A stretch of 64,000 nucleotides of DNA from Candidatus Zixiibacteriota bacterium (GCA_035380245.1 DAOSXA010000002.1:268625-332624), one strand, 5' to 3'. Counted from the stretch's first letter, positions 28,490-37,748 are shown. Translations and numbers: made by a program. The notes: generated by a model not told the origin, from the sequence alone.

Positions 28490-30442
28490 TCAATCCAGGA
28501 AGTTCAGAAGCGACGGTTGTATGATTTTGGCAGCCGCAGCGAGCGACGCCTGATAATTGTTTTCTTGTGTTGCTAAAGTCGTTACCAGTTCAGCGAGATC
28601 GGCATCCTCGACTTCGGAAAGACGTTCCGTGTAAGCCAAATCGAGTTCGGACAACCTGGAATCGGTTATCTCCAATCTCTTGGCCTTGGCCCCGACAGAG
28701 GAGCGCGCTGTCAGGAGATTCTCAATCGCGGCATCGAAGTCGTCGAGGAGCCCCTGTATAGCTTCCTCGTCGTTATTACGCAATGCGTTTTCGAGCAACT
28801 TCACCGTGCCAATCGTATCGGATGCTCCGTACAGTTCGAGGCCCTTGGCGGTTTCCGTATCATCGCCGTCCTCGATCGTAAATGAACGAGTGGTATCGTT
28901 GTTCACGATTTGAATCCCGGTACCGGCATCGTTTATGGAAGCAGTTACATCCATACCCGTAGCGTGAACAGCATCTATGAAGTCCTGTACCGTGATTATC
29001 GAGGGGTCGCTCAGATCGATAGTCCGCATCCGCTCACCCTGCCAGATCACAATCTCGCCTAGTTCCATACCGTTGCCGTTGACCGCATCAGCCAGACGAC
29101 TGTCGGCAGTGAGACACGGATCGAGATCGGTCCCGGAGATGGTGTTATAATACTCACCGGCGATACCCAGATCGGCTGCTGTCGTTCCGGATGTATCGGC
29201 AATTTCGATACTGATCGACGGAGACAAATCCTCACCGGTAAGAGTCGGATTGATGTTTCCTAAAATACCCAGATCGGCCGCCAGGGTATCGGTCGAACTG
29301 CTTTCGACGATACTCAATCCCAGCGGTGTGCCGTTGGTATCGGTAATTTCCAATGCTGTACCGGCAGCATTGATTTGCATCGAGACATTAGCCAGATCAG
29401 GATTAGGATTGGAGGCCATGGCAGCGTTGAACTTGCTTACGATATCGCCGATTGTGGTCGAGCCTGAAAGATCCACTTCGATATTACTTCCGGAGCCATC
29501 GGAGATATTGAGGGTTGCCGGATTCATATCGACACCCTCACGATTGCGCAGTACCGACAACGCCGTATCGGATGTGATCTGCCCGCTCGGATTGGCTTCG
29601 AACATGATGTTGTTACCGGTAACTCCGATCTGAGCCGTGATATCAGTGATACCGTCGGCCGCCAGTTGGGCATTGATGGCGTCGATAGTATCCTGCACGG
29701 TTGTTGCGCCGGCGGTGGCTAAATCGATCGTCGAGGTGATATTCAGATTCCGATCGGTGATAGTAATCGTTCCGGGAGTAGCTCCCGACGTAAGATCGAC
29801 ACCGCTGCCGCCATTGAGATCAGCCAACAACGTATCGGAGACTACGCCGATGTTATAATCCGAATTCTCGCCCAGGGTGGTCAATTGCTTGAAGAATACA
29901 TCGGAACCAAGGAGATTTACGCTCATCCGCGAGTCGCTTTCGATCTGCAATTCGACCACGCCGTCATCTCCCAGATAGCGAGCCCCATTGCCCGTAGCGA
30001 CAACGGCGTCCGATCCGGTGCGATAACCGGCGAAAATCGACCGACCACCGTACTCGTTGTTGGCCAGTTGCAATATCCTCTCATATATATCGAGGATTTC
30101 GTTGGCTTCGGATTCACGCACCGTCCCGTCGTCATCAGCCTGGGGATTAGCCATCGAAATAGCTATCTCTTTAGCGCTGGTTACCATGTCTTTCAGGTCG
30201 GCCAGAACGCTGTCGTAGGTTTCCAGAAGATTGATGCCCTCGCTTACTGTCGTACGATACTGAGCTATCTGCGACAGTTCGGCCCGGTAGTCGAGATCTC
30301 GCATGGTTCCGACCGGATCATCGGAAGCCTTGTTAATCCGCTTCCCTGACGACATCTGCGTTTCCATATCGAGAAATTTCGCCAGCGCTCGCTGCACGTT
30401 GAAGACCACCTGGCCGGTGATCATGTTGCTGCTTACCCGCAT
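28490..30442 (-). CDS. flgL: Flagellar hook-filament junction protein FlgL (HAP3), enlarged
   Basis: N-terminus MRVSSNM...SSGKRINKASDDPVG and a flagellin-like C-terminus. The centre carries several IN-type repeats (TVQDTIDAINAQLAADGI; TIGDIVSKFNAAM; TVQDFIDAVHATGMDVTASINDAG). I prefer the ATG at 30442 (GAGGA-N8) over the track's TTG at 30457. Confidence 0.9.
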   Translation of the reverse strand: MRVSSNMITGQVVFNVQRALAKFLDMETQMSSGKRINKASDDPVGTMRDLDYRAELSQIAQYRTTVSEGINLLETYDSVLADLKDMVTSAKEIAISMANPQADDDGTVRESEANEILDIYERILQLANNEYGGRSIFAGYRTGSDAVVATGNGARYLGDDGVVELQIESDSRMSVNLLGSDVFFKQLTTLGENSDYNIGVVSDTLLADLNGGSGVDLTSGATPGTITITDRNLNITSTIDLATAGATTVQDTIDAINAQLAADGITDITAQIGVTGNNIMFEANPSGQITSDTALSVLRNREGVDMNPATLNISDGSGSNIEVDLSGSTTIGDIVSKFNAAMASNPNPDLANVSMQINAAGTALEITDTNGTPLGLSIVESSSTDTLAADLGILGNINPTLTGEDLSPSISIEIADTSGTTAADLGIAGEYYNTISGTDLDPCLTADSRLADAVNGNGMELGEIVIWQGERMRTIDLSDPSIITVQDFIDAVHATGMDVTASINDAGTGIQIVNNDTTRSFTIEDGDDTETAKGLELYGASDTIGTVKLLENALRNNDEEAIQGLLDDFDAAIENLLTARSSVGAKAKRLEITDSRLSELDLAYTERLSEVEDADLAELVTTLATQENNYQASLAAAAKIIQPSLLNFLD

Positions 30443-30453
30443 AACCGAAGTCC

Positions 30454-30798
30454 TCAACCGTTCGTGGGATGATCTTCGCCGTTTTGGTGCGGTGTACGGC
30501 GACGTCCACGATCGTCTTTCTTGTAATCAATCTCCGGAGGCTTCGCTTTTTCAGCGCCCGTCCCGGATAGTTTTCCCTTGAGCATGCTGACCATACCCAT
30601 TAAATCATCCTTGATCGACTTTGAAGCACGTCGGTTTTCAGCCTGTATTTTCACATAGACTTCTTCCCGATGCACTACAACATTCATGGGGGCGTCAATA
30701 CCCAGCCGGACCTGGCGTCCATGAACACCCAGGACCGAAACTTTGATATTGTCACCGATTGTTATCGATTCCCCCAACTTCCTTGTCAGAATTAGCAC
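30454..30798 (-). CDS. csrA: Carbon storage regulator CsrA with a ~50-aa C-terminal extension
   Basis: [48 protein letters not shown] is a canonical CsrA core. It is followed by a K/R/G/D-rich tail, giving 114 aa in total. Confidence 0.9.
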   Translation of the reverse strand: MLILTRKLGESITIGDNIKVSVLGVHGRQVRLGIDAPMNVVVHREEVYVKIQAENRRASKSIKDDLMGMVSMLKGKLSGTGAEKAKPPEIDYKKDDRGRRRTPHQNGEDHPTNG

Positions 30799-30839
30799 GT
30801 AACCCTCCGTGGTGTTACTTTTTTATCTTCTTCTTATTC

Positions 30840-32234
30840 TCAACGTCCAACTATGCCCATGCCGCTAATTACCGTGTCAAGCGCTTCATCCATAGTCGTT
30901 ATGACCCGGGCTGCGGCATCGTAGGCATGCTGGAATTTCACTAAATTCGTCATTTCTTCATCAAGAGAGACTCCCTCAACCGATTGTCGAGCATTCTCAA
31001 CCTGATTGACCAGTAATTCATAATTTGAGGTGAAGCTCTGGGCTTCATAGGTCATAACGCCCAGTGAGCCTATCATACTGTTGTAATAATCACTGATTGA
31101 GCTGGCGCCGTTGTCGAGGACACGAGCATCAGCCAGATCAGCTATTTCGAGCGCGACGCGGTTATCTCCTTCCTCACCGCTGGTTCCCGACATAATTAAA
31201 GACTCATCGAGCGTGATTGCTGTATTGATGCGGATATCGGAAGCATTCGTATAATTGGGATCGAAGAACGAAACCGCCGTCTGACCGCTGGATGCAGTTC
31301 CGGTTTCGTGCAGTGCGTTGACTTGGGTCACTACAGCTTCGGCCAGAAGATTGAGTTCTTCCAGTTGTTCCGGGATAATATCATCCCGAGAATCGATAAT
31401 CCCCTTGAGTTTCCCGTTAGTATTGCGAACCTCGATATCCGTTCCTTCCCATACGAGAATATGGCGAGGATTTCCATCGACATTCTCGGTCTGAGCCTCG
31501 ATATAATGTGGTTCGTTGCCGTCGACAATTGCCATCGATCCGACATAAACGATCATATCGCCGTTGCTGCTCTCGTGGGTGTTGACATCCAGGTAACCCG
31601 ACAGCTCATCGATAACCAGATCGCGAGCATCACGAAGGTCATTGGCATCAACACCTCCGACTTCAGCCACCTTTATTTCATGATTCAGACTGGCGATATC
31701 GGACAACATGAGATTGATCTCACTCACCGTTGCCACCAGATCGGAATCGATACTGCTCTGGAGGCGAGTTAACTGAGACGACATGTCGTGAAAACTGTTG
31801 ATCAGCGTATTGGCCTGCGATAGAATCTCCGTCCTGACCGAAGAACTATCCGGATTGGCTGCCAGATCGGACCAGGCCGACCAGAACTCATTCAACCGAT
31901 CGGACAGTGTGTCATCAGCCGGTTCGGAATAGAGCGCTTCGATCTGACTTAAGGTCTTTTCCTTGTATGACCATTGCCCGAGCGACTTGTTTTCCTGCCG
32001 GTATTGATCACCGAGGAAAAGATCCTTTACCTGGCGGATATCAGTCGCGGTCACTCCGGTTCCGACGGAGTAATTAGCCGACGTATCCGGTGTGGTCGTA
32101 GTGGTGATCACCCGCTGGCGCGTATACCCTTCGGTATCCACGTTGGCGATGTTGTGACTAATTGTCTGAAGACTGACCTGATGGGTCAGCAGGGCTCGCT
32201 TACCCAGTTCCAGTCCTTGAAATAATCCAGACAT
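30840..32234 (-). CDS. flgK: Flagellar hook-associated protein FlgK (HAP1)
   Basis: 464 aa. N-terminus L..GKRAL..HQV.L.TISHNIANV.TEGYTRQRV and C-terminus ISDYYNSMIG.LG...EEMTNLVKFQHAYDAAARVITTMDE. Confidence 0.9.
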   Translation of the reverse strand: MSGLFQGLELGKRALLTHQVSLQTISHNIANVDTEGYTRQRVITTTTTPDTSANYSVGTGVTATDIRQVKDLFLGDQYRQENKSLGQWSYKEKTLSQIEALYSEPADDTLSDRLNEFWSAWSDLAANPDSSSVRTEILSQANTLINSFHDMSSQLTRLQSSIDSDLVATVSEINLMLSDIASLNHEIKVAEVGGVDANDLRDARDLVIDELSGYLDVNTHESSNGDMIVYVGSMAIVDGNEPHYIEAQTENVDGNPRHILVWEGTDIEVRNTNGKLKGIIDSRDDIIPEQLEELNLLAEAVVTQVNALHETGTASSGQTAVSFFDPNYTNASDIRINTAITLDESLIMSGTSGEEGDNRVALEIADLADARVLDNGASSISDYYNSMIGSLGVMTYEAQSFTSNYELLVNQVENARQSVEGVSLDEEMTNLVKFQHAYDAAARVITTMDEALDTVISGMGIVGR

Positions 32235-32719
32235 TACGCACTCCTATCCACGACGACATTGTCGCCTATTGCGGCATTGGCTCCATCGCGGGCATAAGTG
32301 GGACGCGGTCCGTTGACTCGTGACAACATTTCCATCATGCGGGCGATTGACTCACGGGAACGGTTTATCAGAAGTGCATTCTGATTTCGCGTCCGTGTGA
32401 TTTTATTGTGAAGTGAATAGACTAAATCACGCAGGCGGGTTAACTGGTCCGCCCGAGTGCTGTCGATCAGTTCGAGCAAGCGAGTGACGTTCAGATCACC
32501 CTCGATCGCATTAACGACCTTAATCCGTTCGATCTCTTCCTCGCGCTGCCGGTTTAGCAGTTGGCTCTCGATCGTTTTCTCGCGGAGTGTCTCGGTCAAA
32601 GCGCTGAGTCCGTCCCGGTCGTTTGCCACCAGCAACTCTTGTTGTCGCTGGAGTAACGACAAGAAGGTCTCGAATAACTCGACTTCTTTGGAGAGTATTT
32701 TAACCAGGCGATCTGTCAT
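32234..32719 (-). CDS. flgN: Flagellar export chaperone FlgN
   Basis: 161 aa, helical. ILSKEVELFETFLSLLQRQQELLVAND fits the FlgN family. It is immediately upstream of flgK, overlapping by 1 nt. Confidence 0.65.
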   Translation of the reverse strand: MTDRLVKILSKEVELFETFLSLLQRQQELLVANDRDGLSALTETLREKTIESQLLNRQREEEIERIKVVNAIEGDLNVTRLLELIDSTRADQLTRLRDLVYSLHNKITRTRNQNALLINRSRESIARMMEMLSRVNGPRPTYARDGANAAIGDNVVVDRSA

Positions 32720-32757
32720 AACATCCCATATTCCGTGATCGGGTTCTTGTATTCTTT

Positions 32758-32784
32758 ATGTCGGTATTCCGTTACTGCACTTTA
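32758..32784 (-). promoter_or_regulatory. Weak sigma28-like promoter upstream of flgN-flgK
   Basis: Minus strand reads TAAA-N15-ACCGACAT, matching 5 of 8 positions in the -10 element. The -35 lies inside the flgJ 3' end. Confidence 0.25.
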
Positions 32785-33719
32785 GCTTCACTGTGGGAAA
32801 CGCTTTTTCGTATAGCACGAAATTCCGTCATTACTTTTTCCACATATTCCTGTGTTTCGCGATACGGCGGCACACCGCCGTATTTCTTGACATTCTCCGG
32901 ACCCGCATTGTAAGCGGCCAGAGCCTGCTCGGTATCGCCGAAGCGATCTATCATTTTTTTCAGATAACGACTGCCGCCGGCGATATTTTCCTTTGGATCA
33001 AAAACTTCGGTCACATCCATATCGGTTGCCGTGCTGTCGACCAACTGCATCAGTCCTTTAGCGCCGGCCTTTGAAACAGCCGAGGCATCGCCGTTTGACT
33101 CAGCTTTGATGACCGCCGTAATGAGGGCCGGGTCGATCTCGTTTTCACGCGCCGCCGACCGAATGTGGCGGCCGTATTGTGATATTATCTCGGCTGTATC
33201 GAGCGGCCCCGAAGTCGTTTGTGGAGTTATCGAGATACTTGTTGAACTAGATTCAGGCAGTCCTATCGGCTGCTCCTCTGATTCAACATCTCTGAATTCA
33301 TCTTGATTGAGCTCGATCGGGATTGACTCACTGCCGTTCAAGGGATTCAGTTCCGTGTTATCACTTCCCACTCCGTATTCGGCTTCGATCAGCGGCAGCA
33401 TGGAATTGTACAACATATCCCCGATAGATCGACTCCCCCCTCCAGCCATCTGACGGGCTACCTCCATATCGAACAAGTCGGTAAAAATGTCCTTGCCGTT
33501 GGAACTAGACAGCATCCCTTCATCTTCGAATGGAGAATCCGGGATCGTTTCGCGCATCGTTTTCAACATGTAATGCGTGAAAAACGCCTCAAACTCCTGG
33601 GTAGCCTTTTTCAGCCGTTCCTTTTCCGCCTCGAGCGTCTTCCCTTTCGATGCGCCCAGACGTTCGATAACGCTGTTGGAGACGGCCGCCCCGGCCGCTG
33701 TCGGATCCATTGGAGTCAT
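32772..33719 (-). CDS. flgJ: FlgJ-type protein: rod-binding domain fused to a lytic transglycosylase (SLT) domain
   Basis: N-terminus ATQEFEAFFTHYMLKTMRETIP...DLFDMEVARQMA matches the rod-binding domain. C-terminus AVIKAESNGDASAVSKAGAKGLMQLV...AYNAGPENV matches the SLT catalytic-Glu motif. Confidence 0.8.
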   Translation of the reverse strand: MTPMDPTAAGAAVSNSVIERLGASKGKTLEAEKERLKKATQEFEAFFTHYMLKTMRETIPDSPFEDEGMLSSSNGKDIFTDLFDMEVARQMAGGGSRSIGDMLYNSMLPLIEAEYGVGSDNTELNPLNGSESIPIELNQDEFRDVESEEQPIGLPESSSTSISITPQTTSGPLDTAEIISQYGRHIRSAARENEIDPALITAVIKAESNGDASAVSKAGAKGLMQLVDSTATDMDVTEVFDPKENIAGGSRYLKKMIDRFGDTEQALAAYNAGPENVKKYGGVPPYRETQEYVEKVMTEFRAIRKSVSHSEAKVQ

Positions 33720-34855
33720 TACATAATCACCAACTCCGAACGCAATGCGCCGGCCTGCTTAAGAGCCTGGAAAATTGCGATAATGTCGCGGGGAGTAGCG
33801 CCAATCTTGTTGAGTGCCGCAGCTATATCCTTCAGATAAACCGCCCCCTGCATATGTGTCACACGCGCCTTTTCGGCTTCGACATTGAGTCGCGATTGCT
33901 GTGTGATCACCGTCTGACCAGAACTGAACGGTTCCGGTTGCGAAATCAGAGGAGTCGATTGAATACTGACCGTAATCGTGCCGTGGGCAATCGCCACCGG
34001 CTCGATCGTCACATGCTGACCGGCGACAATGGTTCCGGTCTTTTCATTTATCACTACCCGGGCAGTGTTATCCGGGACGATTTCCAATTGACCGATATCC
34101 GAAATGAACTTGATTCGTGTCGACGGATAAGCTAGTGAATCCGGCACCATGATTCGCACGGTACCGGCATCAACGGGATAAGCCGCCAGGCCATAGGTTA
34201 TGTTGATCCGCTCCGAAACTCGGTAAGCGGTGGTAAAATCAGGATTATGGAGAGCCAGGCGAATTTCCCGGCCGTTCTCCTCGGTTGACGTCAGCTCGTT
34301 GGTTACTTTCGCTCCGTCCGGCACCCGGCCGACCAGAGTGTAGTTATTCACAATTTTATTGGCGTCGTCGACCTTGACGTTGAATCCGCCGATGGAAACC
34401 GGTCCCTGCGCCAGGGCATAAACAGAACCGTCAATTCCCGCCATGGGCGTCATAAGAAGTGTCCCACCCTGAAGACTGGAGGCATCTCCGACCGACGATA
34501 CGGTTACATCGAAACGCGCCCCCTGAGTCATATGACTGGATACTTTTCCGGTCACCATTACCGCCGCGACGTTTTTCACTTTGAGTTTGTCCGGATCGAC
34601 CGTCAGCCCCATACGCTCCATCATATTGGTCAACGACTGAACCGTGAATTGAGCACCGGTCCCGTCCCCGGTTCCGTCCAGACCGATCACCAGACCGTAA
34701 CCGATCAGGTCCTGCTCTTCCATGTTCTGGAACGAACAGACATCCTTTATTCTGACCTTGGTGGCGTTGACATCAGGCACGAGCAACAACATGATCGACA
34801 GGAGCACGATCAGGCCGGTTGGAGTAGCCAGCCGATTCAATAATGTAGCAATCAT
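33719..34855 (-). CDS. flgI: Flagellar P-ring protein FlgI
   Basis: 378 aa. Signal peptide, then RIKDV....N.L.GYGLV.GL.GTGD and C-terminus AAL...GATPRDIIAIFQALK.AGAL. Confidence 0.95.
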   Translation of the reverse strand: MIATLLNRLATPTGLIVLLSIMLLLVPDVNATKVRIKDVCSFQNMEEQDLIGYGLVIGLDGTGDGTGAQFTVQSLTNMMERMGLTVDPDKLKVKNVAAVMVTGKVSSHMTQGARFDVTVSSVGDASSLQGGTLLMTPMAGIDGSVYALAQGPVSIGGFNVKVDDANKIVNNYTLVGRVPDGAKVTNELTSTEENGREIRLALHNPDFTTAYRVSERINITYGLAAYPVDAGTVRIMVPDSLAYPSTRIKFISDIGQLEIVPDNTARVVINEKTGTIVAGQHVTIEPVAIAHGTITVSIQSTPLISQPEPFSSGQTVITQQSRLNVEAEKARVTHMQGAVYLKDIAAALNKIGATPRDIIAIFQALKQAGALRSELVIM

Positions 34856-34865
34856 CGCAGCCCCC

Positions 34866-35474
34866 TTAAAACAACCAGTTGATCAATCGCGTCACCAGCC
34901 CCGGACGAGCGGCCGTGTTGGCAGCTCCTTTGCCGGTGTAAGCGATTTTGGCGTCGGCGATCAGATAGCTGTCCACCGTGTTGTCCGGATTAACGTCTCT
35001 CTGGCGGACTACCCCGGAGAGGTTGAGAATTTCTTCATCACCCGACACGCCTACGGTACGTGAGCCCTCGACGATCAGATCACCGTTGGGTTTCAAACCG
35101 ACAACGGTAACGGTCATCTTGGCTTTGAGACTCCCGTTGCGCGAATGCTCGCCCTTGCCGTCATGAGTGAGCGAGGCATCGCCGTCGACACTGAACAATG
35201 GAATGAAATCCAGGGGGCCGACACCGGGACCGCCCGAGGTCGAAGCCTGCGTCGTTTTTTCGGTCTTGGTCTCCGCGGTTTGTGAAGCCTGACTCGCCTC
35301 ATAAATGAGAACGGTCAATATATCGCCCACGCGGTTGGCCTTGATATCCGTAAACAAAGACTGCCCCTGGCCAAATCCCTGACCGCGCACTTCCAGTGCA
35401 AACGGCAGCAACAACAACACGAACAAAATAATCACCATCTTTTTGAAGCTCATCATGTGCTCCTTTGCATCCAT
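34866..35474 (-). CDS. flgH: Flagellar L-ring protein FlgH (no lipobox cysteine)
   Basis: 202 aa. SLFTDIKANRVGDILTVLI and NGDLIVEGSR.V.V...E.I.LSGVVR..D match the FlgH pattern. There is no Cys anywhere in the ORF. Confidence 0.9.
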   Translation of the reverse strand: MDAKEHMMSFKKMVIILFVLLLLPFALEVRGQGFGQGQSLFTDIKANRVGDILTVLIYEASQASQTAETKTEKTTQASTSGGPGVGPLDFIPLFSVDGDASLTHDGKGEHSRNGSLKAKMTVTVVGLKPNGDLIVEGSRTVGVSGDEEILNLSGVVRQRDVNPDNTVDSYLIADAKIAYTGKGAANTAARPGLVTRLINWLF

Positions 35475-35475
35475 C

Positions 35476-36162
35476 CTATGGCTCTACCGCCACGGCGCTG
35501 TGATCAACGACCCTGGCGACAATGATCTTATTGGAAGAAGTGTTCTTGACTTTGACATACTCTCCGGCGATACCGGTCTGCATGACCTTGCCGGGAGCGG
35601 TAATGCGACAAAGACCGTCGCTGTAAACGATTTGCACATCGGAACCGGGTTCCACATCGGGAATCTGCTCCACATCGCCGCTGGTCAGTATGTCGCCGAC
35701 CCGTAAGTTGCGACGGGCGCGGCATCCCTGCAGTTCCTCCATCGACATAATCGTTTTCTCTTGAAGGTTGGTTACTTCCATACGTCGATGCATGAGATCG
35801 TCGGGCTCGAACAGATCGCTCCGGCCGACTTTGTCGGTCAACACCAGCACATCGGCGTACTTCTTTATCTTTAGTCGAATCTGACCCGACTCAATCTCTT
35901 GACCGTCAACCGTAACGATCGCCTTCACGGCAAACAATCCCAGTGGATCCTTCTGCGTCAAAGGTCGTACCGACAACTCATCGAGCGTTACTTCGGCCAT
36001 ACGCAAAGGATTGTTCAGGATTTCGATTTCATAGACGGTAGAATCGAGCTGGTACATCTGAGCGATATGTCTGACAACCGCTTCATCGGTGGTCATAGCC
36101 CCCACGACTGTCCCCATCAGGAGCAGTATCGATAAAAACGTTATTCGCCGCATGATACTCAT
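35476..36162 (-). CDS. flgA: Flagellar P-ring assembly chaperone FlgA
   Basis: 228 aa. Signal peptide, with a C-terminal SAF-like region (GDILTSGDVE...PGSDVQIVYSDGLCRITAPGKVMQTG..GEYVKVKN). Confidence 0.8.
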   Translation of the reverse strand: MSIMRRITFLSILLLMGTVVGAMTTDEAVVRHIAQMYQLDSTVYEIEILNNPLRMAEVTLDELSVRPLTQKDPLGLFAVKAIVTVDGQEIESGQIRLKIKKYADVLVLTDKVGRSDLFEPDDLMHRRMEVTNLQEKTIMSMEELQGCRARRNLRVGDILTSGDVEQIPDVEPGSDVQIVYSDGLCRITAPGKVMQTGIAGEYVKVKNTSSNKIIVARVVDHSAVAVEP

Positions 36163-36163
36163 C

Positions 36164-36952
36164 CTATCGCTTCAGGCTGTTGGCCAGCGAAGCCATATCG
36201 TCGGCTGTTTGAATCGCCTTCGAGTTCATTTCGTAGGCGCGTTGGGCTACGATCATATTGACCATCTCGTCGACCACCTGCACGTTGGACATTTCGAGAT
36301 ACCCCTGGTCAACCTGCCCTAGTCCGGACTGGGTCGGGATATCCGTTATCGGGTCTCCTGAGGCGCTGGTGGCCCGGTAGAGATTCCGCCCGAGGGCTTC
36401 CAGACCGGCCGGATTAGTGAATCGTGCCAGTTCTATCTGTCCCACGTCGGTTGCCGTATCACTGCCGTATTGGATCACCTGCACCGAACCATCAGTCCCC
36501 ACCGCGATGCTGGTAGTGTCTTCGGGAATCGTTACTTCCGGTAAAAGGTAATAGCCGTCCGAATTGACCAATCGTCCATCGGAGGACATCTTAAACCCGC
36601 CGTCACGAGTGTAAACGGTAGTCCCGTCCGGATGCTGTATCTGGAAAAAGCCGTCGCCCGAAATAGCCAGATCGAGCGCGTTGCCGGTCGAGCTCAAATC
36701 TCCACCAGTGAACTCTCGGACCGTTGACACCGCTTTGGTGCCGTATCCGATCGATAACTCGTTGGGAACCCGGGAGCCAACCGCCGAGGTTACCCCGGCC
36801 GTCCGATACTTCTGATAGAGTACATCCTGAAACTCTACTCGGCTTTTCTTGAAACCGGACGTGTTGATGTTGGCCAGGTTGTTGGCAATGTTGTCAACGT
36901 TCATCTGCTGTCCGAGCATTCCCGAAGCAGCCGTGCGCATGGCCTTTATCAT
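36164..36952 (-). CDS. flgG: Flagellar distal rod protein FlgG
   Basis: 262 aa. MIKAMRTAASGM..QQ..VDNIANNLANINTSGFKKSR and C-terminus GYLEMSNV.VVDEMVNMI.AQRAYE.NSK. Confidence 0.9.
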   Translation of the reverse strand: MIKAMRTAASGMLGQQMNVDNIANNLANINTSGFKKSRVEFQDVLYQKYRTAGVTSAVGSRVPNELSIGYGTKAVSTVREFTGGDLSSTGNALDLAISGDGFFQIQHPDGTTVYTRDGGFKMSSDGRLVNSDGYYLLPEVTIPEDTTSIAVGTDGSVQVIQYGSDTATDVGQIELARFTNPAGLEALGRNLYRATSASGDPITDIPTQSGLGQVDQGYLEMSNVQVVDEMVNMIVAQRAYEMNSKAIQTADDMASLANSLKR

Positions 36953-36978
36953 CGCAAACTCCTATTTGTAGCGATCAT

Positions 36979-37710
36979 TTACTGGTTACCACCCACCCGA
37001 TTGAAAAGGTCGTCAAGAGATTTGTCCTGGGACTGCACCGACGCGGCGTTAGCCTCGTAAGAGCGATAAGAGATAATCATATCTACCATCTCCCGGACAA
37101 TATCCACGTTGGATTCCTCGACATATCCCTGACGAATCTGGGCATTCTCGACCGGCGTGGTCGTTACCCCGTCAGGCACCACGAAGGAACCATTCCCGAC
37201 CTTTTCCAGTTGAGTAAGGTCTTCCACCGTTTGCGGAATAATTCGTCCGACAGCTTGTCCGTTGACCTGGATCTCGCCGTCAGCGGAGACATCTACCTGA
37301 CCGGACCCGACTGTTATCGGTCCCCCTTCTCCCATCACCAGAGCTCCTCCCGGGAAAGCCAAAAAGCCGTCGCCGTCCACGGTGAAACTGCCGGAGCGAG
37401 TCAAAACGGTGCTGCCGTCTTCGAATTGAAGGGTGAAAAAGCCGTCGCCGTCGATTGCCATATCGAGCGACGCACCGGTCTTGTTGAATGTCCCCTGGGT
37501 GAAGTCGACATAGACTTCGTCGACCATGGGTTGTTCCCAATCAGTTATCTTAGCCGCCTGTCGTCTGGTGGCCTTGGACAACTCCTGGGTAAACACGCCG
37601 TCTTTTTTGTATCCGACGGTACCGACATTGGCCAGGTTGTTGGCCGAAGCTTCCTGCTTCCTTAGGTGCGGTATCATACCGGATGCGGATGTATAAAGTC
37701 CCTTTATCAT
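36979..37710 (-). CDS. flgF: Flagellar proximal rod protein FlgF
   Basis: 243 aa. MIKGLYTSASGM...ANNLANVGTVGYKKD and C-terminus GYVEESNVDIVREMVDMI...R.YEAN. Confidence 0.85.
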   Translation of the reverse strand: MIKGLYTSASGMIPHLRKQEASANNLANVGTVGYKKDGVFTQELSKATRRQAAKITDWEQPMVDEVYVDFTQGTFNKTGASLDMAIDGDGFFTLQFEDGSTVLTRSGSFTVDGDGFLAFPGGALVMGEGGPITVGSGQVDVSADGEIQVNGQAVGRIIPQTVEDLTQLEKVGNGSFVVPDGVTTTPVENAQIRQGYVEESNVDIVREMVDMIISYRSYEANAASVQSQDKSLDDLFNRVGGNQ

Positions 37711-37732
37711 ACAAACCTCCGCTTTACCTATA

Positions 37733-37748
37733 GCGAAGACTGTGCCAA
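37733..37748 (-). promoter_or_regulatory. Sigma54 promoter of the flgF-...-fliW operon
   Basis: Minus strand reads tTTGGCAC-agtct-TCGCtATAGG with exact -24/-12 spacing. The predicted TSS is about 12 nt before the ATG and includes GGAGG. Confidence 0.7.
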
